A stretch of 58,189 nt of DNA, from NCBI GenBank assembly GCA_023389175.1, contig JAEWEW010000070.1, positions 1 to 58,189 on the forward strand. The letters are read 5' to 3'. Made by a program: the position numbers and the translations under genes. This DNA is from Pseudomonadota bacterium. Its GTDB lineage: Bacteria; Pseudomonadota; Gammaproteobacteria; Burkholderiales; Burkholderiaceae_E. Within the stretch, counting starts at the first letter, position 1; each line of letters starts with the position of its first letter. The notes beneath the pieces were generated by a model that was not told where the DNA came from, did not search any database, and was given only the letters and a program-made list of their open reading frames with translations. Of the stretch, positions 21,180 to 29,917 are shown in pieces.

Positions 21180-22583
21180 TCATCGGGCCTCCGCCTTCTC
21201 GAGATCCCGGGCGAGCCACGGTGCCCGCTCACGCTTGGCGCGGGTCTGCGCCACCCACCAGGTGGGCCACTCGCCGGCAGGCGCGATGCCGTCGACGGTG
21301 TCCGGCCCCTGCATCGCCGCGACTTGCGCGGGATCGGCCACGCCCGGAGGCACGCCGCCCGACTGCACCGTCTCGATCGCCTTGAGCAGCATCCGCCGGT
21401 TGGCCATGATCACCTTGTCGCTCGTGCCCAGGTGCTCGCGGGTGCGATCCTGGATCGGGCCCATGCTCTCCACCGCCCACTGGTCGTGCAGGTTGATGTC
21501 CTCCTGCCCCATGCCGAGGTAGGTCTGCGACTGCTGCTCGCCCGGGTTGAAGTTCCAGTTGGTGTGGCGGCCGGCCTTCGGAATGTAGTCCGGCAGGTCG
21601 ATGAACTGCAGTCGCTGGGCGCGCATCGCCTCCTTGTCGAGCGGCCCGCCAAAGCTGGTGAAGAACGCGTACCAGTAGGTTCGCGTATCGTCCACCGGCA
21701 CGTGGAACTGCGTGATGGTGAGGGTCTCGGAGAGGGGGATGACGAAGGTCGCCGGAAAGATGGCGTGCGTGATGCGCACGTGGGTGAGCGCATCGGTCAT
21801 CGCGCGAATGGCGGTGAGCTGCATGCCCCATGGCTTCGGCTCGAAGCTGATCTCGGGGCGGAAGAACTCGCGCATGATGCGGGTCATCGGCCACTGCTCG
21901 CCGTCCACCGCGCCCGCGCTCGCGCTCCTGAACTGCTTGCCGGCGGGATTGTCCCCGATCGCATCGAGCGGCTCGTCCTGGAGGTAGCGGTGCAGGAAGG
22001 AGGGATGCGCCGGGTCGATGCCCACCTCGAAGGCCTGCAGCCAGTTGGCATGCCAGAGGCCCTTGAAGGCGAAGCTGTGGGTGGACGGCGCGGCGAAGCA
22101 GTCGAAGGATGGGAACGGCGGCGGCGCGACGGTCTGCCCGTTGGCATCGATCTCGTCCGCCAGCCAGGCGAACACGACGCCGCTTCGCTCGACCACCGGA
22201 TAGCTGCGCTGGCGGATGCGCTCGCACAGCCGGCTGCCCACCGGTTCTGCCGGCGTCTCCAGGCAGGTGCCGTCGGCCGCGAACTTCCAGCCGTGGAACG
22301 GGCAACGCAGGCCGTCGCCTTCATGGCGGCCGAAGGACAGGTCCGCGCCGCGGTGCGGACAATCGCGGTCCAGCAGGCCCCATCGGCCGGCCGCATCCTT
22401 GAATAGCACCAGGTCCTGGCCCATGATCCGCAGCGCCTTGACCGGCCGGTTCGACATTCGCGGATCCAGGCGCGGATCGAACTCGTCCACCAGGGCGACC
22501 GGCTGCCAATAGCGGCGCAGCAGCGCGCCGCACGGCGTGCCCGGGCCGGTGCGCGTGACCAGGATGTTCTGCTCTTCCCTCAT
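21180..22583 (-). CDS. Rieske non-heme iron oxygenase alpha subunit (phthalate 4,5-dioxygenase/LigXa-like clan)
   Basis: CPHRG...CPFHGW Rieske motif; EVGIDPAHPSFLH and NLHDQWAVES iron ligands. Confidence 0.92.
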   Translation of the reverse strand: MREEQNILVTRTGPGTPCGALLRRYWQPVALVDEFDPRLDPRMSNRPVKALRIMGQDLVLFKDAAGRWGLLDRDCPHRGADLSFGRHEGDGLRCPFHGWKFAADGTCLETPAEPVGSRLCERIRQRSYPVVERSGVVFAWLADEIDANGQTVAPPPFPSFDCFAAPSTHSFAFKGLWHANWLQAFEVGIDPAHPSFLHRYLQDEPLDAIGDNPAGKQFRSASAGAVDGEQWPMTRIMREFFRPEISFEPKPWGMQLTAIRAMTDALTHVRITHAIFPATFVIPLSETLTITQFHVPVDDTRTYWYAFFTSFGGPLDKEAMRAQRLQFIDLPDYIPKAGRHTNWNFNPGEQQSQTYLGMGQEDINLHDQWAVESMGPIQDRTREHLGTSDKVIMANRRMLLKAIETVQSGGVPPGVADPAQVAAMQGPDTVDGIAPAGEWPTWWVAQTRAKRERAPWLARDLEKAEAR

Positions 22584-22640
22584 GGCGACTCCAGGATCGG
22601 CGCGCAGCCGGCGCGCGACTTGCACCGGTTCGGCGGCCAG

Positions 22641-22672
22641 TTTGTATACCGAAACTCATTTGCAGTGTACAG
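22641..22672. promoter_or_regulatory. Putative GntR operator/divergent promoter region
   Basis: TTTGTATACC and TGTACA AT-rich near-palindromes between the divergent Rieske and GntR genes. Confidence 0.45.
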
Positions 22673-22679
22673 TGATGCG

Positions 22680-23402
22680 ATGAACTTGCAAGAGACCGTC
22701 CTCATGCAGTTGCGCGACCTAGTGCTGCGCGGCGAGTTCGCGCCTGGCGGCCGGCTCGCGGAGCAGCAACTGGCCGAGCGCCTCGGCGCCTCGCGCACGC
22801 CGGTACGCGCCGCGCTCGTGACCCTGGAGCAGGAAGGGCTGGTCGAGGCCAACGGCACCGGCGGCTACCTGGTGCGCCGGTTCACGATGCGGGAGGTGAT
22901 CGACGCCATCGCGGTGCGCGGCCATCTCGAAGGCATGGCGGCGCGACTGGTGGCCGAGCACGGGCTGTCGCGGCAGCTGCGCCTTGACCTGCAGGGTTGC
23001 CTGGACGAGGGCGATCGCCTGCTGCAGGCGAATCCCCTGGGCTACGAAAGCTATGCGGCCTACGCGGCGATGAACGACCGGTTCCATCGCCTGATCGTCG
23101 AGGCGAGCGGCAACCGCGCGCTGCAGCGGGCGCTCGCACTCAACGACAAGCTGCCCTTCGCCGCCGCATCGGCGATGCTGCCGATGCAGTCGAAGCTGCA
23201 GGAGGATCGCGACTGGATGAAGTACGCCCACCGGCAGCACCACATGCTGTTCCAGGCGCTCGCGGGCGGCACCGGCGCGCGTGCCCAGGCGCTTGCCGAG
23301 GAGCACACCGAGGTCGCCCAGATGAACATGCGCATGGCGGTGGAACGGCGCAGCGACACCGAGCAGTTGCTGCCCGGCATGCGGTTGGTGGTCGGCGCCT
23401 GA
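22680..23402 (+). CDS. GntR/FadR family regulator (VanR-like)
   Basis: LAEQQLAERLGASRTPVRAAL wHTH; FCD domain NDRFH...H..EH. Confidence 0.92.
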   Translation: MNLQETVLMQLRDLVLRGEFAPGGRLAEQQLAERLGASRTPVRAALVTLEQEGLVEANGTGGYLVRRFTMREVIDAIAVRGHLEGMAARLVAEHGLSRQLRLDLQGCLDEGDRLLQANPLGYESYAAYAAMNDRFHRLIVEASGNRALQRALALNDKLPFAAASAMLPMQSKLQEDRDWMKYAHRQHHMLFQALAGGTGARAQALAEEHTEVAQMNMRMAVERRSDTEQLLPGMRLVVGA

Positions 23403-23467
23403 ACGGCCCGGCTGCGGTGCCGGGCGGTCCGCTATCGCGCCGCAGTCTTCTCCCGCAGTCTTCTCCT

Positions 23468-24199
23468 CTACCGCGCCCCGGCCTTCTCCAGCATCCCGAC
23501 CATCTCCGCGAAGCCACGTTCCCTGGCAAGCGCGAGCGGCGTGCGGCCGTTGCGGTCGGCAAGCTGCAGGTTCGCGCCTGCCTCGACCAACGCGGCCAGC
23601 GTCTCGCGATGACGCGGCCCGCCATCACCGAGCACGATGCTCTCGATCACCGCGGTCCAGTGCAGGTTATTGACATGGTCGAGCGGCGCGCCCGCGGCGA
23701 TCAGTTGGCGAACCACCCCGGCATGGCCGAGATGCGCCGCGGCGATCAGCGCGGTGCCATCGTAGCGGCTGGTCACCAGCCGCGCGCTCGCCCCGAGTGA
23801 AAGCAGCAGCCGCAGCGTCGCCTCGTCGTCCGCCACCGCCGCGATCGTCACCGCGTCGTAGCGATCGTTCTCCAGGGCTCCGAGGTCGGCACCGGCCCGG
23901 GCCAGCGTTTCCACCACCGCGAGATGCCGGCCGAAGGTCGCGACATGCAGCGGCGTGCGCCCGTGGCCGTCGCGCGCGTCCGGCGCCGTGCCGCCGGCGA
24001 GCAGCTGCGCCACCCGGTCCGCCCGTCCTTCGTGGGCGGCGGCATGCAGGCCGTCGTAGCGGGCCGCTTCGGCGGCGGAGGGCGGCGTCTGGCCAGACGC
24101 GGGAGTCGTCGCGACGAGCGCCCCCACGAAGCAGGCGAAGGCGAGTGCCGCCCGGTAGGCGCCGCGGTTGCCCAATCGATGCAAAGCAGCCTTGTTCAT
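23468..24199 (-). CDS. Secreted ankyrin-repeat protein
   Basis: Signal peptide; GRTPLHVA, GTALIAAA and GRTPLALA ankyrin repeats. Confidence 0.88.
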   Translation of the reverse strand: MNKAALHRLGNRGAYRAALAFACFVGALVATTPASGQTPPSAAEAARYDGLHAAAHEGRADRVAQLLAGGTAPDARDGHGRTPLHVATFGRHLAVVETLARAGADLGALENDRYDAVTIAAVADDEATLRLLLSLGASARLVTSRYDGTALIAAAHLGHAGVVRQLIAAGAPLDHVNNLHWTAVIESIVLGDGGPRHRETLAALVEAGANLQLADRNGRTPLALARERGFAEMVGMLEKAGAR

Positions 24200-24885
24200 G
24201 AGCGGTCGGCCAGCACAAAGCGCAGGATACCGTCACATGCATTGCGCTGCAGTCGCTCCAACGCGGCATCCGTCCCCAGATTCTCGCCGAAGATGCCGGA
24301 GAAGGTGGCCCGATTGGAGACGTTGAAGAAGCAGAGCGCGCTGATCTGCCAGTGCAGGTCGATCGCCGTCAGGCCCGGGCGGAACACGCCGGCTGCCACG
24401 CCGCGCCGGTAGAGCCGGTCGAGCACGTCGATCGCGGGCACGTTCAGATCCTGGATCACGTCGGACCGGCGCAGGTAGGCGCCATGGTGGATGTTCTCGA
24501 TCATCACCAGGCGGATGAAATCCTCGTTGGCATGGTGATGCTCGAAGGTGAAAGCCACCAGGGTGCGCAGCGCCTCGACCGGCTCCAGATGATCGAGCGC
24601 GAGACGGGCCTCCGATTCCCGCACGCGCCGATACGCCTCTTCCAGGACCCGGAGGTAGAGCCCTTCCTTGTCGCCGAAGTAGTAGTAGATCATCCGCTTG
24701 CTGCAGTCGGTGCGCGCGGCAATCTCGTCGACCCGGGCCCCGGAGAGTCCGTTGCGGGCGAACTCGTGCGTGGCCACCTCGATGATGTTGCGACGGGTGG
24801 CGGCCGGATCGTGCATGCGGGTCGGACGCTCCTGCTCGGCAGCAGCGCCGACGACCGCGCGGGACGGGGCAGTGGTCGGTTTCAT
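24196..24885 (-). CDS. TetR family regulator (NicS/RutR-like)
   Basis: GARVDEIAARTDCSKRMIYYYFGDKEGLY HTH; FIRLVMIENIH. Confidence 0.92.
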   Translation of the reverse strand: MKPTTAPSRAVVGAAAEQERPTRMHDPAATRRNIIEVATHEFARNGLSGARVDEIAARTDCSKRMIYYYFGDKEGLYLRVLEEAYRRVRESEARLALDHLEPVEALRTLVAFTFEHHHANEDFIRLVMIENIHHGAYLRRSDVIQDLNVPAIDVLDRLYRRGVAAGVFRPGLTAIDLHWQISALCFFNVSNRATFSGIFGENLGTDAALERLQRNACDGILRFVLADRS

Positions 24886-24926
24886 TGGACCTGCGACGTC
24901 GGGACGGGTACGGCCGGATTTCGGTG

Positions 24927-24956
24927 TTGACGTGAACTAACTGGATCGTACATGAT
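24927..24956 (+). promoter_or_regulatory. Putative sigma70 promoter with overlapping TetR operator
   Basis: TTGACG-18bp-CATGAT; the spacer carries the imperfect palindrome TGAACTAACTGGATCGTACA. Confidence 0.55.
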
Positions 24957-24979
24957 ACGTCGCAGGAGACGCAGCCGCG

Positions 24980-25852
24980 ATGACCGTACCGGGCTTTCCC
25001 AGAGGCAAGGCACTTGTCGGCCTGATCGGTTCGGGCATCGGCGCGTCGCTCACGCCCGCGCTGCAGGAGGAGGAGGCACGCTGCCATGGCCTGCGCCTGC
25101 ACTATCAGCTGATCGATCTCGAACGTACCGGCAGCGGCGCCGAGGCGCTTCCGATGCTGCTTTCGGCAGCGCGGATCATGGGCTTCGCGGGGCTCAACAT
25201 CACATTCCCCTGCAAGCAGGCGGTCGTGCCGCTCCTCGACGAGCTCTCCGACGAGGCGCGCGCGATCGGGGCGGTCAACACGGTCGTCCATCGCGACGGC
25301 CGCCTCGTCGGCCACAACACCGACGCGTCCGGATGGCGCTGGGGCTTCGAGCGGTCGCTGCCGCAGGCCGACCTCGACCGGGTGGTGCTGCTTGGCGCAG
25401 GCGGTGCCGGCTCGGCGATCGCGCATGCGCTGATGCGCATGCCGACCGGGCGGCTCTTCGTGTTCGATCGGCGGCCCGAGCAGGCGCGGGCGCTGGTGCA
25501 CGACCTCGCCCGGCTGCACGGCGCCGGCCGGGTGGCCTGGATCGACGAGCTGGAGGCTCCGATGGCCGAGGCCACCGGACTGGTGCAGGCGACGCCGACC
25601 GGCATGGCCAGCCATCCGGGCATGCCCCTGCCGGCGCGACTGCTGCGCCCGGCCTGCTGGGTCGCGGAGGCCGTCTATTTTCCGCTGAGGACCGAGCTGC
25701 TGGCGGCGGCCCAGGCCGCCGGCTGCCCGACCGTCGATGGCGGCACCATGGCGGTGGGCCAGGCGATCGGTGCCTTCGAGCTCTTCACCGGGCTCGCCGC
25801 GGACCCGCAGCGGATGAGCGAGCATTTCGGGCGCCTGCTCGACGGACACTGA
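24980..25852 (+). CDS. aroE: Shikimate/quinate dehydrogenase
   Basis: SLTP, NITFPCK, GAVNTV, GHNTD and GAGGAG motifs. Confidence 0.9.
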   Translation: MTVPGFPRGKALVGLIGSGIGASLTPALQEEEARCHGLRLHYQLIDLERTGSGAEALPMLLSAARIMGFAGLNITFPCKQAVVPLLDELSDEARAIGAVNTVVHRDGRLVGHNTDASGWRWGFERSLPQADLDRVVLLGAGGAGSAIAHALMRMPTGRLFVFDRRPEQARALVHDLARLHGAGRVAWIDELEAPMAEATGLVQATPTGMASHPGMPLPARLLRPACWVAEAVYFPLRTELLAAAQAAGCPTVDGGTMAVGQAIGAFELFTGLAADPQRMSEHFGRLLDGH

Positions 25853-25922
25853 GTCCGTTGCAGGCGCCGGACATTCCGGGCCCCGCCCGGTCGACGATGG
25901 ACTGACAGGAGGAGATTCACTC

Positions 25923-26912
25923 ATGGAAACCAGGAACACGCGCCGCTCGCTGCTCAAGGCGGGGCCAGCCCTTGCCGCCCTCGCCTACGGGCTGCCGGCG
26001 TCGGCCCAGGCCAAGAACATCCGCTTCGCCGCGGTGTTCTCCGATCGCGACATCCGCGCGGACATGATGAAGATGTTCGCGAAGGGCATCGAGCCGGAGT
26101 TCAAGCTCGAGCCCTTCTACAACGGCTCCCTGTTCAAGCAGGGCACGGAGCTGGTCGCGATCCAGCGCGACAACCTCGAGATGGGCAACATCGCGCCGCA
26201 GGACATCTCCAAGCAACTGCCGGCCTGGTCCCTGCTCACGTCGGCCTACCTGTTCCGCGACGCCAATCACCTCACCCGGTTCTTCGCGAGCGACCTCGGC
26301 GCGCAGATGAACAAGATGGTGGAGGACGAGCTCAAGGTGAAGATCCTCGGCCCGACCTTCTTCGGCACCCGGCAGGTCGGCCTCAAGCCGAAGAAGCGGA
26401 TCAACACGCCGGCGGACATGGCCGGGATCAAGCTGCGCATGCCCGGCGGCGACGCCTGGCAGTTCCTCGGCCGGGCGATCGGTGCGAACCCGGTGCCGAT
26501 GGCCTATCCCGAGGTGTACACCGGCCTGCAGACCGGCGCCATCGACGGCCAGGACAATCCGCTGCCCAACGTCCAGAACATGAAGTTCTACGAGGTCATG
26601 TCGCAGATCGTGCTGACGTCCCACCTCGTCGGCTTCGACCTGCTCACGATGAACCTCAAGCTGTGGAACGGCATGGCCCCCGCGCAGCAGCAGAAGGTGC
26701 AGGCCGCGGCCAACAAGGCGATCGAGTGGAGCGCCAACGAGCACCTGAAGCGCGAGGCCGAGCTCGCGAAATCCTTCAAGGACCAGGGCCTGGAGGTCTA
26801 CACGCCCGACGTCAAGGCGTTCCGCGATCACGCCCAGAAGATGTACCTTGAGTCCGATATCGCCAAGAGCTGGCCCAAGGGCATGCTGGAGAAGATCAAC
26901 GCGATGACCTGA
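25923..26912 (+). CDS. dctP: TRAP transporter substrate-binding protein
   Basis: Tat-like RRSLL signal; KLRMPG and EVYTGLQTGAIDGQDNP motifs. Confidence 0.92.
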   Translation: METRNTRRSLLKAGPALAALAYGLPASAQAKNIRFAAVFSDRDIRADMMKMFAKGIEPEFKLEPFYNGSLFKQGTELVAIQRDNLEMGNIAPQDISKQLPAWSLLTSAYLFRDANHLTRFFASDLGAQMNKMVEDELKVKILGPTFFGTRQVGLKPKKRINTPADMAGIKLRMPGGDAWQFLGRAIGANPVPMAYPEVYTGLQTGAIDGQDNPLPNVQNMKFYEVMSQIVLTSHLVGFDLLTMNLKLWNGMAPAQQQKVQAAANKAIEWSANEHLKREAELAKSFKDQGLEVYTPDVKAFRDHAQKMYLESDIAKSWPKGMLEKINAMT

Positions 26913-26967
26913 AGCCTCGCCGGCGCGGCCCGCGGCCAGGCCGCGGCGCGCCTGCGCGGCGACCATC

Positions 26968-27486
26968 ATGAACGACTCCATGAAGAGGATCACCGCGTGG
27001 CTCGCCCGCCGCGCCGAGAACCTGGCAGCGCTGATGCTCGCGATCATGTTCGTCGCGTTCATCCTGCAGATCGTCTTCCGCTACCTGCTCGATTTCCCCA
27101 TCGGCTGGACCAGCGAGCTCACCATCGTCATGTGGCTCTGGCTGGTGCTCTGGGGCGCCGCCTTCGTGCTGCGTGAAGCCGAGGAGATCCGGTTCGACCT
27201 CCTTTACGTCTCGGTGGGGGCGCGCGCCCGGCGCCTGATGGGCATCGTCACCGCCGTCGCGGTTCTCCTGCTCTACGGCGGCTCCCTGCCGGCGACGATC
27301 GACTATGTCGCCTTCATGAAGGTCGAGCGCAGCGCCTATCTCGGCATCCGGTTCGACTGGCTCTACGCCATGTACCTGCTGTTCGCCGTCGCGGTGCTGG
27401 TCCGCTACCTCTGGATCCTCGGCCGCCTGCTGCGCGGCAGGAGCGTGGCGACGCAAGAGACGCCGATCATCGGTTCGGGCCTCTGA
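26968..27486 (+). CDS. dctQ: TRAP transporter small permease
   Basis: 4 TM segments; QIVFRY...WTSEL motif; located between dctP and dctM. Confidence 0.9.
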   Translation: MNDSMKRITAWLARRAENLAALMLAIMFVAFILQIVFRYLLDFPIGWTSELTIVMWLWLVLWGAAFVLREAEEIRFDLLYVSVGARARRLMGIVTAVAVLLLYGGSLPATIDYVAFMKVERSAYLGIRFDWLYAMYLLFAVAVLVRYLWILGRLLRGRSVATQETPIIGSGL

Positions 27487-27493
27487 GCCGCTC

Positions 27494-28795
27494 ATGGATC
27501 TCGCCAGCCCGTTCTCGCTCTGCGTGCTCGCCATCGTCTCGCTGAGCCTGCTCGGGCTGCCGATCGCGCATGCCATGATCGGCGGCTCGGTGTTCTACCT
27601 CTTCCTCAAGGGGTCCGATCTCGGCACCGCTGCCGAGCAGCTGCTCAACGGCATGTATGCGAGCTACGTCCTGCTCGCCATCCCGCTCTTCATCCTTGCG
27701 GCCGAGTTCATGAACAGTGGCAGCATCACCACGCGGCTGCTGGAGTTCTGCGATGCGCTGGTCGGCCGCTTCCGCGGCGGGCTCGCCCATGTGAACGTGG
27801 TCCAGAGCATCATCTTCGCCGGCATGTCCGGCTCGGCGCTGGCCGATGCGGCGGGAACCGGGAAGGTGATGCAGCGGATGATGACGGCCGACGGCAAGTA
27901 CACCGCGAGCTTCGCCGCGGCGCTCACCGCGGCTTCGTCGGTGGTCGGGCCGATCATCCCACCGTCGATCCCGATGGTGATCTATGCGCTGGTTTCGGAC
28001 ACGTCGGTCGGCTACCTCTTCCTCGGTGGAGTCATTCCGGGCGTGCTGATGGGGCTCGCCCAGATGGGCGTCATCGCCATCACCGCGCGACGGCGGAACT
28101 TTCCCGTGGAGAAGCCGACGCCGCTCGCGGCCCTGCCCCGCATCACCTGGCGCGCGTTCCCGGCGCTGATGATGCCGGTCGTGCTGCTGGGCGGCATCTA
28201 TGGCGGCGCGACCACGCCGACCGAGGCCGCCGCAGTCGCGGCAGCCTACGCGCTCCTGGTCTCCGCGCTGCTCTACCGCAGCCTCTCCTGGAAGGAGGTA
28301 TACGCATCGCTCGCGACCAGCGCGCGGATGACCGCGTCGATCGGCATGCTGATCGCCGGAGCGATGGTCTTCAACTACGTCGTCACCGCGGAGAACATCC
28401 CGGCGGTGCTGAGCGCAGCGCTGCAGGGGACGGCGCTGACGCCGATCGGTTTCCTGCTGGCCGCCAACGCGCTGCTGCTGGTCCTCGGCTGCCTGCTGGA
28501 GGGCACTACCATCCTGCTGATCATCGTGCCGGTGCTGCTGCCCGCGGCGCAGGCGCTCGGCATCGATCCGGTGCACTTCGGCGTGGTAGCCGTGGTCAAC
28601 ATCATGATCGGCCTCATTACGCCGCCCTACGGCCTGCTGCTCTTCATCATGGTGCGCATCGCGGAGGTGCCGCTCAAGGACCTGATCCGCGACATCCTGC
28701 CCTTTCTCGGCGTGATGCTGGCATCACTCGCCTTGATTACCTTCGTGCCGGACCTGGTCCTGTTCCTGCCGCGGCTGCTCGGCTACCAGGGCTGA
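27494..28795 (+). CDS. dctM: TRAP transporter large permease
   Basis: LLAIPLFILA, GMSGSALAD, IIPPSIP and GLITPPYG motifs. Confidence 0.93.
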   Translation: MDLASPFSLCVLAIVSLSLLGLPIAHAMIGGSVFYLFLKGSDLGTAAEQLLNGMYASYVLLAIPLFILAAEFMNSGSITTRLLEFCDALVGRFRGGLAHVNVVQSIIFAGMSGSALADAAGTGKVMQRMMTADGKYTASFAAALTAASSVVGPIIPPSIPMVIYALVSDTSVGYLFLGGVIPGVLMGLAQMGVIAITARRRNFPVEKPTPLAALPRITWRAFPALMMPVVLLGGIYGGATTPTEAAAVAAAYALLVSALLYRSLSWKEVYASLATSARMTASIGMLIAGAMVFNYVVTAENIPAVLSAALQGTALTPIGFLLAANALLLVLGCLLEGTTILLIIVPVLLPAAQALGIDPVHFGVVAVVNIMIGLITPPYGLLLFIMVRIAEVPLKDLIRDILPFLGVMLASLALITFVPDLVLFLPRLLGYQG

Positions 28796-28880
28796 CACGT
28801 CGCGGAGGACCTGCCCTGAAGGCATCCACCCCCGCACCTGCCGGACGATGCAGGAAGTCCGGCGACCATCGGAGCATGAC

Positions 28881-29345
28881 ATGACCACGTCCAGTGACGC
28901 CGCCAGACCGCTCTACGTGCTCAACGGTCCCAACCTCGACCGGCTGGGTACGCGGGAGCCTGCGATCTACGGTCGCACGACGCTCGCCGAGATCGAGGCC
29001 GAATGCCGCCGGGCGGCCGGCGGGCGCCCCCTCGAGTTCCGCCAGACCAATGCCGAGCACCAGCTGATCGAGTGGATCCACGAAGCGATCGACCGGGGCG
29101 CCGGAGTCATCGTCAATCCGGCCGGCCTGAGCTTCTATTCGGTGCCGGTGCTCGATGCCCTGCGCATGTTCCCGGGGCCAGTGATCGAGCTGCACATCAG
29201 CAACATCCATCGGCGCGAGCCGCCGCACAACCACTCGCTGATGTCTCGTGCCGCCACCGCCGTGATCGCCGGGCTCGGTCCGGACGGTTATCCGACCGCG
29301 GTCGGCGCCATGCTGCGCCTGCTCGAGAAGGAGGAGCAGCCCTGA
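28881..29345 (+). CDS. aroQ: Type II 3-dehydroquinate dehydratase (divergent)
   Basis: LNGPNLDRLGTREPAIYG and ELHISN motifs. Confidence 0.88.
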   Translation: MTTSSDAARPLYVLNGPNLDRLGTREPAIYGRTTLAEIEAECRRAAGGRPLEFRQTNAEHQLIEWIHEAIDRGAGVIVNPAGLSFYSVPVLDALRMFPGPVIELHISNIHRREPPHNHSLMSRAATAVIAGLGPDGYPTAVGAMLRLLEKEEQP

Positions 29346-29382
29346 GCCGACCCGGAGCGACCGCTTCCCGGCCTGCGTCACG

Positions 29383-29420
29383 AAAGCAGAAAGCCCCGGA
29401 GATCTCGAGGATCCCGGGGC
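29383..29420 (-). terminator. Intrinsic terminator after the repeat-peptide gene (possibly bidirectional)
   Basis: Minus strand reads GCCCCGGGATC-CTCGA-GATCTCCGGGGC followed by TTTCTGCTTT. Confidence 0.7.
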
Positions 29421-29443
29421 CCTGACTGCGGCGCGGAGGTCGG

Positions 29444-29917
29444 TCAGGCGGTCACCAGTCCAGGCGGCACGCCTTCGTCGGCCACCAGCGCCACCACGAG
29501 GTTCTGCGGCACACCCTCGTCCGCCTTCAGGGCGACGAGGTTCTGCGGCACGCCTTCGTCGGCCTGCATCGCGACCAGGTTCTGCGGCACGCCCTCGTCG
29601 GCCTTCAGCGCGACCAGGTTCTGCGGCACGCCTTCGTCGGCTTTCAGCGCGACCAGGTTCTGCGGCACGCCTTCGTCGGCTTTCAGCGCGATCAGGTTCT
29701 GCGGCACGCCCTCGTCGGCTTTCAGCACGATCAGGTTCTGCGGCACGCCCTCGTCGGCGACGTGCGCAAGCGGCAGCTCCAGGAACCTGGATCCCACTTG
29801 GGACGACGCGCCGATCGCGCCGGAGGCAAGGACGGCGGCGCCGAGGACGCCCACGGCAATGCGCCCGACGGTCAGCGCGCGCAACAGGTCGATCAGTTTC
29901 GGGTTCGGGAATTGCAT
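29444..29917 (-). CDS. Putative secreted multi-core repeat peptide precursor (leader + 8x ADEGVPQNL-type cores), 157 aa
   Basis: GGAG RBS upstream of the ATG at 29917; hydrophobic leader; in-frame repeats with synonymous codon variation; downstream terminator. Confidence 0.8.
   Translation of the reverse strand: MQFPNPKLIDLLRALTVGRIAVGVLGAAVLASGAIGASSQVGSRFLELPLAHVADEGVPQNLIVLKADEGVPQNLIALKADEGVPQNLVALKADEGVPQNLVALKADEGVPQNLVAMQADEGVPQNLVALKADEGVPQNLVVALVADEGVPPGLVTA
29447..29758 (-). repeat. Coding tandem repeat, ~39-bp unit x8
   Basis: GCCGACGA(G/A)GGCGTGCCGCAGAACCTG core repeated with 39-bp period (one 42-bp unit, last unit truncated). Confidence 0.95.

Noticed and set aside
29447..29758. 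39-bp periodic repeat as a CRISPR array
   Set aside because: No unique spacers; the unit length is a multiple of 3 with synonymous variation; no cas genes. It is a coding repeat.
29444..29917. Assignment to a known RiPP class (graspetide, lasso peptide, cyanobactin)
   Set aside because: The cores lack the Thr/Ser/Cys patterns typical of these classes, and no ATP-grasp, lasso cyclase, YcaO or PatA/G-type gene is in the window.
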